From Escherichia phage A221: 64,000 bases of DNA. The stretch lies in the sequence record ON862890.1; one strand, written 5' to 3'. Positions 44,685 to 53,643 of this stretch are shown here, piece by piece. The position numbers and the translations under genes are program-made. A model generated the notes under the pieces. That model worked only from the letters and a program-made list of their open reading frames with translations, ran no database searches and was not told where the DNA came from. Numbering within the stretch: position 1 is the stretch's first letter; each line of letters starts with the position of its first letter.

Positions 44685-46703
44685 ATGTCAGATTTTAAGC
44701 CCTTCGCAGTAGCTGTCAACAATAACGTGCTGGCCATGTCAGCAACTGGTCTGTTCATGACCAACATCGATAAAGATGCTCTGTGGGATCTGTATCTGTC
44801 TTCTTTCCCTGCTGGCACTAACCCGCTTTATCGTGAGCGTACCGAGCACGACTGCACCTGCTGTAAACAATTCATCCGTAACATCGGCGGTGTGGTCACC
44901 ATCGACTCCGACCTGAACGTGATCTCTATTTGGGATAACATTCAGCTGGGTAACGAATACGACGTTGTCGCTGCGGCGCTGTCAGCGTATGTTAAGCAGC
45001 ACGCAATCGTCGACGTGTACTTCAACGACACCAAGAAAGTTGGTGTTGAGTCGAATCACGAAATGAAAGACGGTATTGTCCGCACCTACAACCACTTCCA
45101 CACCGACCTGCTGGGCAGCTATGTTCTGCGGGCAGATACCATCGCTTCTAAGAAGGGTGAAATCCGCCAGGCGATTGAAGTGTTTGAGCGCGGCCTGCGT
45201 GAACTGTCTCTGGAATCGGCTGAAATCGTTCTTGAATTGATTGACCAGAATTCTCTGTATCGCGGTGAAGAGCACAAAGAGGCAGTGCAGGCGTTCGTGG
45301 TGAACAAGACCCTGTACGAACAAACTGCAGAAGAGAAACGCGCTCTGTGGGCTTGGCGCACTGGCTACCGTGCAAACGGTCATACCCCTCACGGCATTCG
45401 TAATACCGTGATTGGCTCTCTGCTGGTAGACCTCAATGAAGGCCGGGATCTGGAAACCGCCGTGAAGTCCTTTGAAGCCAAAGTCGCTCCGACGAACTAC
45501 AAGCGCCCAACCGCGCTGGTCACGAAGTCGATGATTGAAAACGCGCAGAAAGAAGTCGAAGCGCTGGGTCTGACTGATTCACTGGGTCGCCGTTATGCCG
45601 TGTATGACGATCTGACCATCAACAACGTTCTGTTCGCCGATCTGGCAGCTCAGAAGAAGATGGACCCGTTTGCTCAGCTGGCGTCTGAAGTGAAGACTCC
45701 GACCAAGTCCCTGGACAAGGTTGAAGAGATCACGATCGACGACTTCCTGACCAACGTGTTGCCAAAGGCGCATTCCCTGGAAGTACTGGTTGAAAACTCT
45801 CACATTGGCAACCTGATGTCCCTGATCGCTCCGGCTACCGCAGGCGCTCCTAACCTGTTCAAGTGGAACAACGGCTTCAGCTGGTCTTACAATGGCGAAG
45901 TGGCCGACTCTATCAAAGAGCGCGTAAAGACCGCAGGCGGCAATGTCGACAGTTTCCTCCGTGTGTCACTGGCTTGGCATAACAACGACGACCTGGATCT
46001 GAGCATGAACGATCCTCTTCACAACCACGTGTATTATCACAACCGTCGTTCGACAACTGGCGCAACTCTGGACATCGACATGAACGGTATGGACGGCATT
46101 GATCCAAACCGCCGTCCGGTGGAGAACATCTTCTTCAGCGATGAACGCAAGCTGCGTGATGGTCTGTACGAGTTCTATGTCACTAACTTCAGCCAGCGTG
46201 AAACCTGTGATATGGGATTCGAAATCGAAGTTGAATACAAAGGCCAGACCAAGCGTTTTTCGCATCCTGGCCTGAAGCACAAAGATCGCACTCTGGCTGT
46301 TGTGATTGATGTCCGCGCTGGACAAGTGGTAGACATCCGTTCTACCCTGAAAGACGACGCTCGCTCTCAGGAAATCTGGGGCATCAAGACCTCCGTCTTC
46401 CAGAAGGTACAGCTGGTTCTGAACTCACCAAACCATTGGGACGGCGAGCAGACTGGCAACAAGCACGTGTTCTTCATCCTGGAAGGTTGTGCTAACCCTG
46501 TCGGCACCCGTGGTTTCTATAACGAATATCTGAAGCCGGAACTTGATAAACACCGCAAGGTTTTTGAAATGTTAGGTGGTAAGATTAAAGTACAGCCAAG
46601 CACTGAGCAGCTGTCCGGTCTGGGCTTCTCTACCACCCAACGCAACCACGTGTTCGTGAAGGTGAGCGGCTCGTTCAACCGCACTGTGAAAGTTGTGTTC
46701 TAA
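44685..46703 (+). CDS. hypothetical protein with N-terminal Cys cluster
   Basis: 672 aa; HDCTCCKQF cysteine cluster; no P-loop; preceded by TTCAATAA-N12-TATATTGACC element and hairpin. Confidence 0.4.
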   Translation: MSDFKPFAVAVNNNVLAMSATGLFMTNIDKDALWDLYLSSFPAGTNPLYRERTEHDCTCCKQFIRNIGGVVTIDSDLNVISIWDNIQLGNEYDVVAAALSAYVKQHAIVDVYFNDTKKVGVESNHEMKDGIVRTYNHFHTDLLGSYVLRADTIASKKGEIRQAIEVFERGLRELSLESAEIVLELIDQNSLYRGEEHKEAVQAFVVNKTLYEQTAEEKRALWAWRTGYRANGHTPHGIRNTVIGSLLVDLNEGRDLETAVKSFEAKVAPTNYKRPTALVTKSMIENAQKEVEALGLTDSLGRRYAVYDDLTINNVLFADLAAQKKMDPFAQLASEVKTPTKSLDKVEEITIDDFLTNVLPKAHSLEVLVENSHIGNLMSLIAPATAGAPNLFKWNNGFSWSYNGEVADSIKERVKTAGGNVDSFLRVSLAWHNNDDLDLSMNDPLHNHVYYHNRRSTTGATLDIDMNGMDGIDPNRRPVENIFFSDERKLRDGLYEFYVTNFSQRETCDMGFEIEVEYKGQTKRFSHPGLKHKDRTLAVVIDVRAGQVVDIRSTLKDDARSQEIWGIKTSVFQKVQLVLNSPNHWDGEQTGNKHVFFILEGCANPVGTRGFYNEYLKPELDKHRKVFEMLGGKIKVQPSTEQLSGLGFSTTQRNHVFVKVSGSFNRTVKVVF

Positions 46704-46747
46704 ACCTGATTTGAAATTGTAACCCATTCATCATTGAGGATAGTAAA

Positions 46748-47119
46748 ATGTTTGATAAAGCAACCCGTATGAAACTGCGCTTCGAGTCTAACAAAGGTCT
46801 GCTGTCTGTTGAGCAGGTCTGGGACCTGAGCCTGACTGCCCTGAACGAAATGGCGAAAGGTCTGAGCCGTCAGGTGAAAGCAGCAGAAACCGATGAAGAA
46901 GATTTCATTGGCACCAAAAGCAACGTTGACTCCGAACTGCAGCTGCGCTTCGACGTTGTCAAGCACATCATCGGCGTTAAGCTGAAAGAACGTGACGACA
47001 GCAGAGACGCGGCAGAGCGTAAGGCGAACAACCAGATTATCCTGGAGCTGATCCAGCGTAAGAAACAGCAAGAGCTGGAAAGCAAATCTGTTGAAGAACT
47101 GGAAGCGCTGCTGAAATAA
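46748..47119 (+). CDS. hypothetical acidic coiled-coil protein
   Basis: 123 aa; ATG start; followed by CCCCGC/GCGGGG terminator. Confidence 0.4.
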   Translation: MFDKATRMKLRFESNKGLLSVEQVWDLSLTALNEMAKGLSRQVKAAETDEEDFIGTKSNVDSELQLRFDVVKHIIGVKLKERDDSRDAAERKANNQIILELIQRKKQQELESKSVEELEALLK

Positions 47120-47143
47120 CCCTGTTGGCCTCGGCCTGAGCAA

Positions 47144-47169
47144 CCCCGCCATGTGCGGGGTTTCTTTTG
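47144..47169 (+). terminator. intrinsic terminator
   Basis: CCCCGC-catgt-GCGGGG followed by tttcttttgg. Confidence 0.6.
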
Positions 47170-47179
47170 GACAAAGAAT

Positions 47180-47590
47180 ATGAAACCTGTTATATGTGAT
47201 TACTGCGGCCTCCCAGCCGAATTCGTCGGTGGTGATGTTCTCTACCCTCATCGCCCTGACCTCCGCAATCTGAAGTTCTGGGTGTGCACTCCATGTGATG
47301 CCCGTGTCGGTTGCCATACCCATGGCGACGGCAGACAACCTTTGGGAAGGATGGCGAATGCCGCTCTCCGTGCTGCTAAGCAGGAAGCCCATAGATCGTT
47401 TGACCCATTGTGGAAAAGCGGAGAGAGGAGCAGGAGCGACGCTTATAGTTGGCTGGCGCATAAGCTGGGGATAAAGAAGCGTGAGTGTCATATTGGCTTG
47501 TTCGATATCGACATGTGCCGTAAAGTAGTTGTTGTCTGTCAACAATACGAGGCACATATCAATGTCAAAGGAAATACAAGAAGCGTTTGA
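47180..47590 (+). CDS. zinc-ribbon protein (DUF3268-like)
   Basis: ATG at M10 of track ORF (codon 1 GTG inside terminator stem); CDYCG...CTPCDARVGCH cysteine pattern. Confidence 0.4.
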   Translation: MKPVICDYCGLPAEFVGGDVLYPHRPDLRNLKFWVCTPCDARVGCHTHGDGRQPLGRMANAALRAAKQEAHRSFDPLWKSGERSRSDAYSWLAHKLGIKKRECHIGLFDIDMCRKVVVVCQQYEAHINVKGNTRSV

Positions 47591-47867
47591 GAATCTAACT
47601 CAGGCGCTCACCAACTGCAACCGTCTCAACTATTGCAACGACCCATTGCAAAAGCTGAAGTCCCTGGTAGAATCAGAACTGGCTAAACTGGCCGAATACA
47701 ACGCCATCCAAGAAGACGTGGCGTTCATGTCGGACACGGTCGTAGACACCCTTCCGCGCGAAGTGTACAATGTCTTGGGCCGCATCACAAAGGTGGGTTT
47801 CCGTGAACCACAAGACGCCAAACCCACCCCCGAAATTCTTACATCCATCGTTGACTCGTTTAAGTGA
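47562..47867 (+). CDS. hypothetical protein
   Basis: ATG at M12 of track ORF 47529; gagg RBS; begins MSKEI like the next gene. Confidence 0.35.
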   Translation: MSKEIQEAFENLTQALTNCNRLNYCNDPLQKLKSLVESELAKLAEYNAIQEDVAFMSDTVVDTLPREVYNVLGRITKVGFREPQDAKPTPEILTSIVDSFK

Positions 47868-47873
47868 GACGCC

Positions 47874-48107
47874 ATGTCTAAAGAGATTATCTTTACCGGG
47901 GCGGCGCTTGACACCATGTATGCCCTGTACAATCGTGGTCCACTGAGCATTGGCGATATCCCGTCTAAGTCAGGTCTGGACTTCCTGTTACGACATAAGC
48001 TGGTTGTGGCTGTGGTGGTCAGGGGTGAAACGCAATACGCCGGGTCGATGGCCATGGCTTCCCACTACAAACGTCAGACATGGAAGGGTGCTTCCTCCAA
48101 ATCCTGA
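47874..48107 (+). CDS. hypothetical protein
   Basis: 77 aa; ATG start; begins MSKEI. Confidence 0.35.
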   Translation: MSKEIIFTGAALDTMYALYNRGPLSIGDIPSKSGLDFLLRHKLVVAVVVRGETQYAGSMAMASHYKRQTWKGASSKS

Positions 48108-48261
48108 GTTTGTCAAAACCTTTTCAATATCAATAACGTCCAGTGTAAATGCTGGGCGTTTCAATTAACTCTTCGCAGTATAATATGCCATGACTAACAA
48201 ACAGAGGCCTGGCCCATGTCCGTGAAATACCTGGTGTTACTGAAGTGAAGGTCGACTAACC

Positions 48262-48432
48262 ATGACAGAACCATTCAAGAAAGCTGGTCTAGACACCATC
48301 GACCTCAGCTTTAAACCGAGCGAAACGCTGATGAGTCAGATTGAACTCAATCGCGACTTCCTTGAATATATGCTGGTCAAGCCGGAAGGTGAGGCCGAAG
48401 ACAACCCTGAAGAAGGCAATAACGATGATTGA
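48262..48432 (+). CDS. small acidic protein (56 aa), translationally coupled to vWA gene
   Basis: Not in track; hand translation MTEPFKKAGLDTIDLSF...EGNNDD; stop TGA overlaps vWA start in ATGATTGA arrangement. Confidence 0.3.
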   Translation: MTEPFKKAGLDTIDLSFKPSETLMSQIELNRDFLEYMLVKPEGEAEDNPEEGNNDD

Positions 48433-50626
48433 ATCATTAGAATTTAAGAATGCGGTTGCGACTGCTGCCCCGTCCAACCATGTAATCGTTGTAGACATTT
48501 CTGGCTCTATGTACCGTGCACTCCCTGAAGTCCGTAAGCATCTGAAGGAGAACCTGCCTTCCCTGGTGAAACCGGAAGACACTGTGAGTGTTCTATACTT
48601 CTCATCTCGTGGCGACTTTGGCACTGTGTTCGCTGGTCGCCAGGTTAGTGCTGCGTCTGACCTGAGCGAGCTGAACAAACTGATCGACCGCTTCCTACAA
48701 CCATCTGGCTGTACTGGTTTTGTTGAGCCGTTGAAACTGGCGATGGACACTGCTCGTGGCCTGAAGAAGCCTGGCTATGTCAACAACCTGGCGTTCATGA
48801 CTGACGGGTATGACAACTGCTGGCGTACCAACGAAATTCTACTGGTTGCTGAGACCCTGCCATTTGCTTTCGATAACATTACATTTATCGAATATGGCTG
48901 GTACTGTAACCGCGAACTGCTGGCGCAGATGGCCGAACGCTCTGGTGCTACTCACGTGTTTGCCGAAGGTCAGACCGAATACCAGACCGAGCTGGAAAAC
49001 GTGCTGAAGTCATCAGTGCCGAAGGTGGTTGTTGATGTGCCTCTGTTATACACCCATGCTATCTATGTTGAAAACGGCGTAGCAACTGTTCTGGCGGTAC
49101 AGCCGGATGAAGACCATCCTATCGGCCACGTGAGCATCCCTGAGAGCGTCACCAAGCTGTGGGTTGTAAACCCTAACATGATCGACCAGATGGATAGCCT
49201 GACGGACATCCAGGCGGCATACGTGCTGGCGTTCTACGGCGTACACATCATGGACGCGGACCTGGTGTGGGCTGCACTGAAGAAAACGGGTGACGTTCGC
49301 TTCATCAAACAGTACAGCAACTGCTTCACCAAGCAGGACTACTCCAACATCAAGAACGATCTGGTTCAGGCGATTGTTGACGACCAGCTGCGCGGCGTTG
49401 ACGGTATTGACTATGACCTGGTTCCAGCTGAAGATGCGACCACCGTCGTTGATGTGCTGACGTACCTGGCTGAAGCTGGTGTGCCTGTTGCTACCAAGCA
49501 TCCGATGTTCTCCTATAAGAGCATCGGGCGCGGTACTGTGCAGAAAACCGACGACACCGAAGACAAGCTGGCAGAACAGATCGCGAATGCTCAGTCCAAA
49601 GAAGAGCGTAAAGCCCTGGCTCTCAAGCTGGCAGAGCACGAAGAGTGGAACCCGACGTTCGAACCTACCAACGACCTGGGTGTTGTGCCAATCAGCGATT
49701 TGGTCTATAACTCCGAGCGCCCGAACATCAGTGTGCGTACAATTCAACACGGTACTGTGGCTGTGCCTGAATTCGCACAGAAGAAGTTTGGCCTGCCTGA
49801 AGAACTGGATACTTTCCAGTGGCGCAACTACACCATCGTCAAAGACGGTATCATTAACGTGAAGACTCTGCCGTTCAAGGCTGATATCGAAGTTGTACAG
49901 AAGCTGATCGAAATGGGTGTCCACGTGTTTGGTGGTCCGGAAGTGTTCATCCTGAACCTGGAAAGCGTACCGCTGGTCAACCGCGCCATGGTCAAAAACA
50001 TCAGTGCTGCTCAGTTCTTTGCGGATAATGTCCGTCTGGAAGCCCTGAAAGGCAAGCAGAAGGTGCTGAAGTTCTATCGAGACGCCCTGGTTGGTAAGGG
50101 CAACGCCAAAGGCCTGGCAGTACAGTACGGCGCTGAGGCGGCCGAGTTCCTGTCCTCCTACGGCATCCGCGATTACGGCTTCTCACCGAAGACTGAGACC
50201 AAAGAGTCTACCGACTTCTACATGAGCCGTGAGCTGAACGTGAAGATCGCTGGCGCTTCTTCTCTACCGTCTATCGCAGCGGTACAGAAGAAGATTGCCG
50301 AGAACAAGAAACTCAATGCTGGTGACTTGTTCATCGCCAATGCGCTGAAGGAGTACGAAGCATTCGTGAAGTCTCCTATGATCACTGCCGTGCCTGAAGC
50401 CTTACAGAAACAGCTGATCGAAAACTGGATCGACGCTGCTGCCAAGGCGGCCATCACCGAAGTCCGTGCCCTGAACAAGACACTGTCTAAAGTGGTGTAT
50501 GGTATCGTTGCTGGCCACGGCTGGTTCACCGACCTCGACCTGGAAGAGTCCACCATGGAAGTTGAAGTGGATGGCGTGAAGTACAAGGTCACTGCCGAAC
50601 TGACAGAGAAAGAAATCAAAATCTAA
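48425..50626 (+). CDS. von Willebrand factor A (vWA) domain protein
   Basis: ATG at M29 of track ORF (codon 1 TTG); VVDISGSM MIDAS motif (DxSxS) and downstream MTDGYDN; about 500-aa C-terminal extension of unknown function. Confidence 0.6.
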   Translation: MIESLEFKNAVATAAPSNHVIVVDISGSMYRALPEVRKHLKENLPSLVKPEDTVSVLYFSSRGDFGTVFAGRQVSAASDLSELNKLIDRFLQPSGCTGFVEPLKLAMDTARGLKKPGYVNNLAFMTDGYDNCWRTNEILLVAETLPFAFDNITFIEYGWYCNRELLAQMAERSGATHVFAEGQTEYQTELENVLKSSVPKVVVDVPLLYTHAIYVENGVATVLAVQPDEDHPIGHVSIPESVTKLWVVNPNMIDQMDSLTDIQAAYVLAFYGVHIMDADLVWAALKKTGDVRFIKQYSNCFTKQDYSNIKNDLVQAIVDDQLRGVDGIDYDLVPAEDATTVVDVLTYLAEAGVPVATKHPMFSYKSIGRGTVQKTDDTEDKLAEQIANAQSKEERKALALKLAEHEEWNPTFEPTNDLGVVPISDLVYNSERPNISVRTIQHGTVAVPEFAQKKFGLPEELDTFQWRNYTIVKDGIINVKTLPFKADIEVVQKLIEMGVHVFGGPEVFILNLESVPLVNRAMVKNISAAQFFADNVRLEALKGKQKVLKFYRDALVGKGNAKGLAVQYGAEAAEFLSSYGIRDYGFSPKTETKESTDFYMSRELNVKIAGASSLPSIAAVQKKIAENKKLNAGDLFIANALKEYEAFVKSPMITAVPEALQKQLIENWIDAAAKAAITEVRALNKTLSKVVYGIVAGHGWFTDLDLEESTMEVEVDGVKYKVTAELTEKEIKI

Positions 50627-50633
50627 TCCAACG

Positions 50634-50658
50634 GGCGGGGCAACCCGCCTTTCTTTGG
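50634..50658 (+). terminator. intrinsic terminator after vWA gene
   Basis: GGCGGG-gcaa-CCCGCC followed by tttctttggg. Confidence 0.6.
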
Positions 50659-50668
50659 GAGAAGTAGC

Positions 50669-50992
50669 ATGAGCAGTAAACCAACATATGTTGAAGTCAT
50701 GCGTCATCTGGCTCAGTACGCCACCGACAATCTGAATATGGATCTGTGGCGTGACGATGACAAGCGCAAATTGCTGGACGACGTGGCATCTCAGAACGAG
50801 GACGCCCTGGACAAGCTGGCTGGCCTCCGTACCAAGAAAGACCTCGGTGGTGACGAACTGGATGCCATCGAAATCGTAATGGAACTAGAAGAAGAGTTTC
50901 AGGTCGAAATCGACGACGGGTGGCTAGGTAGTAAAGGCGATGACCCGACCATGGGTGAACTCGCTGAACTCGTGGTTGCCCTGCGCAAATAA
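50669..50992 (+). CDS. acyl-carrier-protein-like protein lacking the phosphopantetheine-attachment serine
   Basis: DLGGDELDAIEIVMELEEEFQVEIDD aligns with E. coli ACP [26 protein letters not shown], with Glu replacing the conserved Ser; own RBS; terminator hairpins on both sides. Confidence 0.6.
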   Translation: MSSKPTYVEVMRHLAQYATDNLNMDLWRDDDKRKLLDDVASQNEDALDKLAGLRTKKDLGGDELDAIEIVMELEEEFQVEIDDGWLGSKGDDPTMGELAELVVALRK

Positions 50993-50998
50993 CAGAAG

Positions 50999-51027
50999 TC
51001 CCCAACAAACGTTGGGGATTTTTACTT
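50999..51027 (+). terminator. intrinsic terminator after ACP-like gene
   Basis: TCCCCAAC-aaac-GTTGGGGA followed by tttttactttt. Confidence 0.6.
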
Positions 51028-51114
51028 TTAGGGGTTTACTTCCTCTAAGGAATGTCCTATTATTCAATAACTGGCGAACGATGGGTTCACCGGGTTGAAA
51101 GGTAAGATTATATC

Positions 51115-51354
51115 ATGAAGAACAAAATGGTCGAAACTTCAGTAGAGATTGATCGCAATTGGGGATTGCTCCGCGCTAAAGGGTTCCGTCGTGTGTATGC
51201 GACCAAAGAAGTCTACGCACAGCGCCGTGACGTTATCATCAGCAAGAAAGGCAAAGAGTGGGTTGCTGAAGAAGTTGATGTCGAGACAGGCATCGTAGGA
51301 AAGGTAAAGGCCAAGGCCGTGATCCTCTTCGCTCTTCTGAAGCACATCAGTTAA
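51115..51354 (+). CDS. hypothetical protein
   Basis: 79 aa; ATG with gaaaggtaag RBS; preceded by TTCAATAA box. Confidence 0.4.
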   Translation: MKNKMVETSVEIDRNWGLLRAKGFRRVYATKEVYAQRRDVIISKKGKEWVAEEVDVETGIVGKVKAKAVILFALLKHIS

Positions 51355-51413
51355 TTCTATAACTTTGGGCGGGGTATGATTACCCCGTCTATTTGAAACC
51401 AAGAGACTATATC

Positions 51414-51788
51414 ATGAAAAAGTTAATCCTCGCTGTTGCCCTGCTGGGCGCTTCCTTTGCTGCTGTTTCCGCCCCTCCTGTCATCACCGGAGTGTCTACC
51501 AACGGTGTTTATGCTTTCAAGGCGTATGGCCAAGACCTCGTTCTGTATAAGAACGGGAAGATGATTGAGCGCTGCGTATCAGACGACGTGAATCGTGGGA
51601 TCGACAATCAGGGTAGCCCATACGTCCTGGACATCTATTCCTGCTCCAACGGGACGAAGTCCTTTGGCGTCAAGACCTTTGGCAACGTCGCCGACGGTGG
51701 CTGGGGCTTCATGTTCGAAACCCGCAACCACCACCCGGTCAAGACCATGCAAGAAGAGTTCTTGATCTCTGTCGGGGGTACGTTATGA
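51414..51788 (+). CDS. putative secreted protein (signal peptide)
   Basis: ATG at M8 of track ORF (codon 1 TTG); MKKLILAVALLGASFAAVSAPP is a signal-peptide-like N-terminus with AxA-type cleavage site. Confidence 0.45.
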   Translation: MKKLILAVALLGASFAAVSAPPVITGVSTNGVYAFKAYGQDLVLYKNGKMIERCVSDDVNRGIDNQGSPYVLDIYSCSNGTKSFGVKTFGNVADGGWGFMFETRNHHPVKTMQEEFLISVGGTL

Positions 51789-52072
51789 CACCATCAGAGA
51801 GAAGTTCTATCAAGGAGATGATCAGAGACAAGGCGTGTGTTGGTCATACTCAGTCAGAGAACATCTTGCGCCTGATGGTAATAAAGAACGATATCGATAA
51901 CAGCCGATTCCAATCAGCGCTCTACGGGCTTCTCGAGTTCGTTCTCCGCCAGGCTGATCTTGGTCCTGTCGGTACTCTTGATGATCTAATCAAGCTGTTG
52001 AACACGGGCGGGGAAACTTTCGACACCGCTCGTATCCTGATTGACGGTGGACCTGAAGAAGACGAGGTATAA
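51785..52072 (+). CDS. hypothetical protein
   Basis: 95 aa; ATG overlapping upstream stop (ATGA). Confidence 0.35.
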   Translation: MTPSERSSIKEMIRDKACVGHTQSENILRLMVIKNDIDNSRFQSALYGLLEFVLRQADLGPVGTLDDLIKLLNTGGETFDTARILIDGGPEEDEV

Positions 52073-52264
52073 TTTGGATAAAGAATTGGTTTGGGAAATT
52101 GTGAAGGGTGTCCTAGTAATAATCGCGGTGGTTTTCATCTTGGGTGGGAACTTCTTCTATTGGTTATTCCGATCCGACCAGAAACGTCGCGAACGCAAGG
52201 AGAAAGAGAGAAAGGATCGATGGATGCGCTAACTAAGGGATAACCCTATATCCCGAGGTGTGTC

Positions 52265-52714
52265 ATGTTCCTTACATCTTTTATTGACTGGTTGAACATC
52301 ATTAACGGCCTGAGGATTCCTGTTGGGAACCTCGGGCTTTCTCGTTCTTCTATGCCGCAAATCGATGCCGACAAACAAGAAGATTTTCACAAATATCTTG
52401 AAGACAACGGCGTGTCCATAGATGCTGTGCAAGTGCCCATCAAAATGCTTCGTCTCACCCAGAACGAAATCAACAAGATGAAGGTCTGGAAGATCATGAA
52501 GAACATCAGAAATAAGAAACCTATGGGTCGAGTTTGGGTGTCTTCTGACAATTACGTTGTTGACGGTTCTCACCGATTTGTCGCTGCGTTGAACATGGAC
52601 GGCAAACAGCGCATGAAGGTCTACAAAGTTGATTTGCCAGCGATGGAATTTGTTAAACTCGCTAAACAGTTTCAGGGTGTGCGATACAGAACGGTCTCAG
52701 ATTCGAGATACTAA
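52265..52714 (+). CDS. ParB-like nuclease domain protein
   Basis: 149 aa; VVDGSHRFVAA matches the ParB/Srx DGxHR motif. Confidence 0.5.
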   Translation: MFLTSFIDWLNIINGLRIPVGNLGLSRSSMPQIDADKQEDFHKYLEDNGVSIDAVQVPIKMLRLTQNEINKMKVWKIMKNIRNKKPMGRVWVSSDNYVVDGSHRFVAALNMDGKQRMKVYKVDLPAMEFVKLAKQFQGVRYRTVSDSRY

Positions 52715-52715
52715 T

Positions 52716-53549
52716 ATGGACGTCTATTCAGAACTTATCGAAATAGGAGCGAAACGTCATTTCGTAAACAAATATCTTTCGCTCATTTCTTCTTTTAGTC
52801 ATTACCAAGGCGTCGGGGAGAAGCATCACATATTACCTGTGGCATTGTTCCCCGAATATGCCACGGAATACGAAAACATCGTCAAACTGCCTCATAGGGT
52901 TCATTATATTGCCCATGTGTGTCTTGCTCTTGCGTTACCAGGTTCATGTATGGTAAATGCGATTATGATTTTGAAGCGGTTAGATAGTAGAGTCAACTCA
53001 CACCTGTTTGCGAAAATGCGCAAGAGATTCGCCGAAAGGCTTTCTGTGGTGAATGCAGGGGAAAATAATCCCATGTATGGCAAGAAGAGATCCCAGAAGG
53101 CAAAGAAAAAGACCTCGGAGTCTCTTAGAAATTTTTATAAATCTAAAAGAAAAGAAGATCCAGATTTAAAAGAATTTTTCTCGGAAAGGAATTCTAAAAT
53201 AAAACGGGGAAAAGATCACCATTCTTATGGGAATAAATTGACCAATAATCTTACTCCAGAACAAGAACGATGTAGAATAGAATCGGTCACCAAGACTTCC
53301 CGTGAAACCATGCCCTGGGAGAAGCCAAGATGGAAACCAGAAAGGGACAAATGGTGGTGTTGGGCTGCACATATACACTATCACATATTGAAAGGTAAGA
53401 CGAGAGGGGAAGCCCTGAAACAAGTATTCGGTTCCAATGACGCAGAAATTTGGGCACAGGTTCGGCCAATTATTCTACGGTTGGATAACGGTTGGGACCC
53501 TTTAACTTGCGAAAAATGGGTTAATCGTTATGGGGTGGAATACCAGTAA
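52716..53549 (+). CDS. HNH homing endonuclease with NUMOD3-like motifs
   Basis: ATG at M30 of track ORF; HHILPVALFPEYATEYENIVKLPHRVHYIAH HNH core; two NPMYGKK / HHSYGNK NUMOD3-like repeats; starts 1 nt after ParB-like gene stop. Confidence 0.75.
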   Translation: MDVYSELIEIGAKRHFVNKYLSLISSFSHYQGVGEKHHILPVALFPEYATEYENIVKLPHRVHYIAHVCLALALPGSCMVNAIMILKRLDSRVNSHLFAKMRKRFAERLSVVNAGENNPMYGKKRSQKAKKKTSESLRNFYKSKRKEDPDLKEFFSERNSKIKRGKDHHSYGNKLTNNLTPEQERCRIESVTKTSRETMPWEKPRWKPERDKWWCWAAHIHYHILKGKTRGEALKQVFGSNDAEIWAQVRPIILRLDNGWDPLTCEKWVNRYGVEYQ

Positions 53550-53643
53550 ACCACCCGTTTCTGAATACGATAGTTTATTGAATCCCTTTACTCATCATGG
53601 TGAGCCGCCTATCATTTCATCCAATGAAATAAGGAGAATCACC

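Noticed and set aside
46700-47557. 285-aa minus-strand ORF
   Set aside because: Spans a strong plus-strand terminator and parts of three plus-strand genes; no start context
49046-49924. 292-aa minus-strand ORF
   Set aside because: Antisense to the vWA gene, which has a recognisable MIDAS motif
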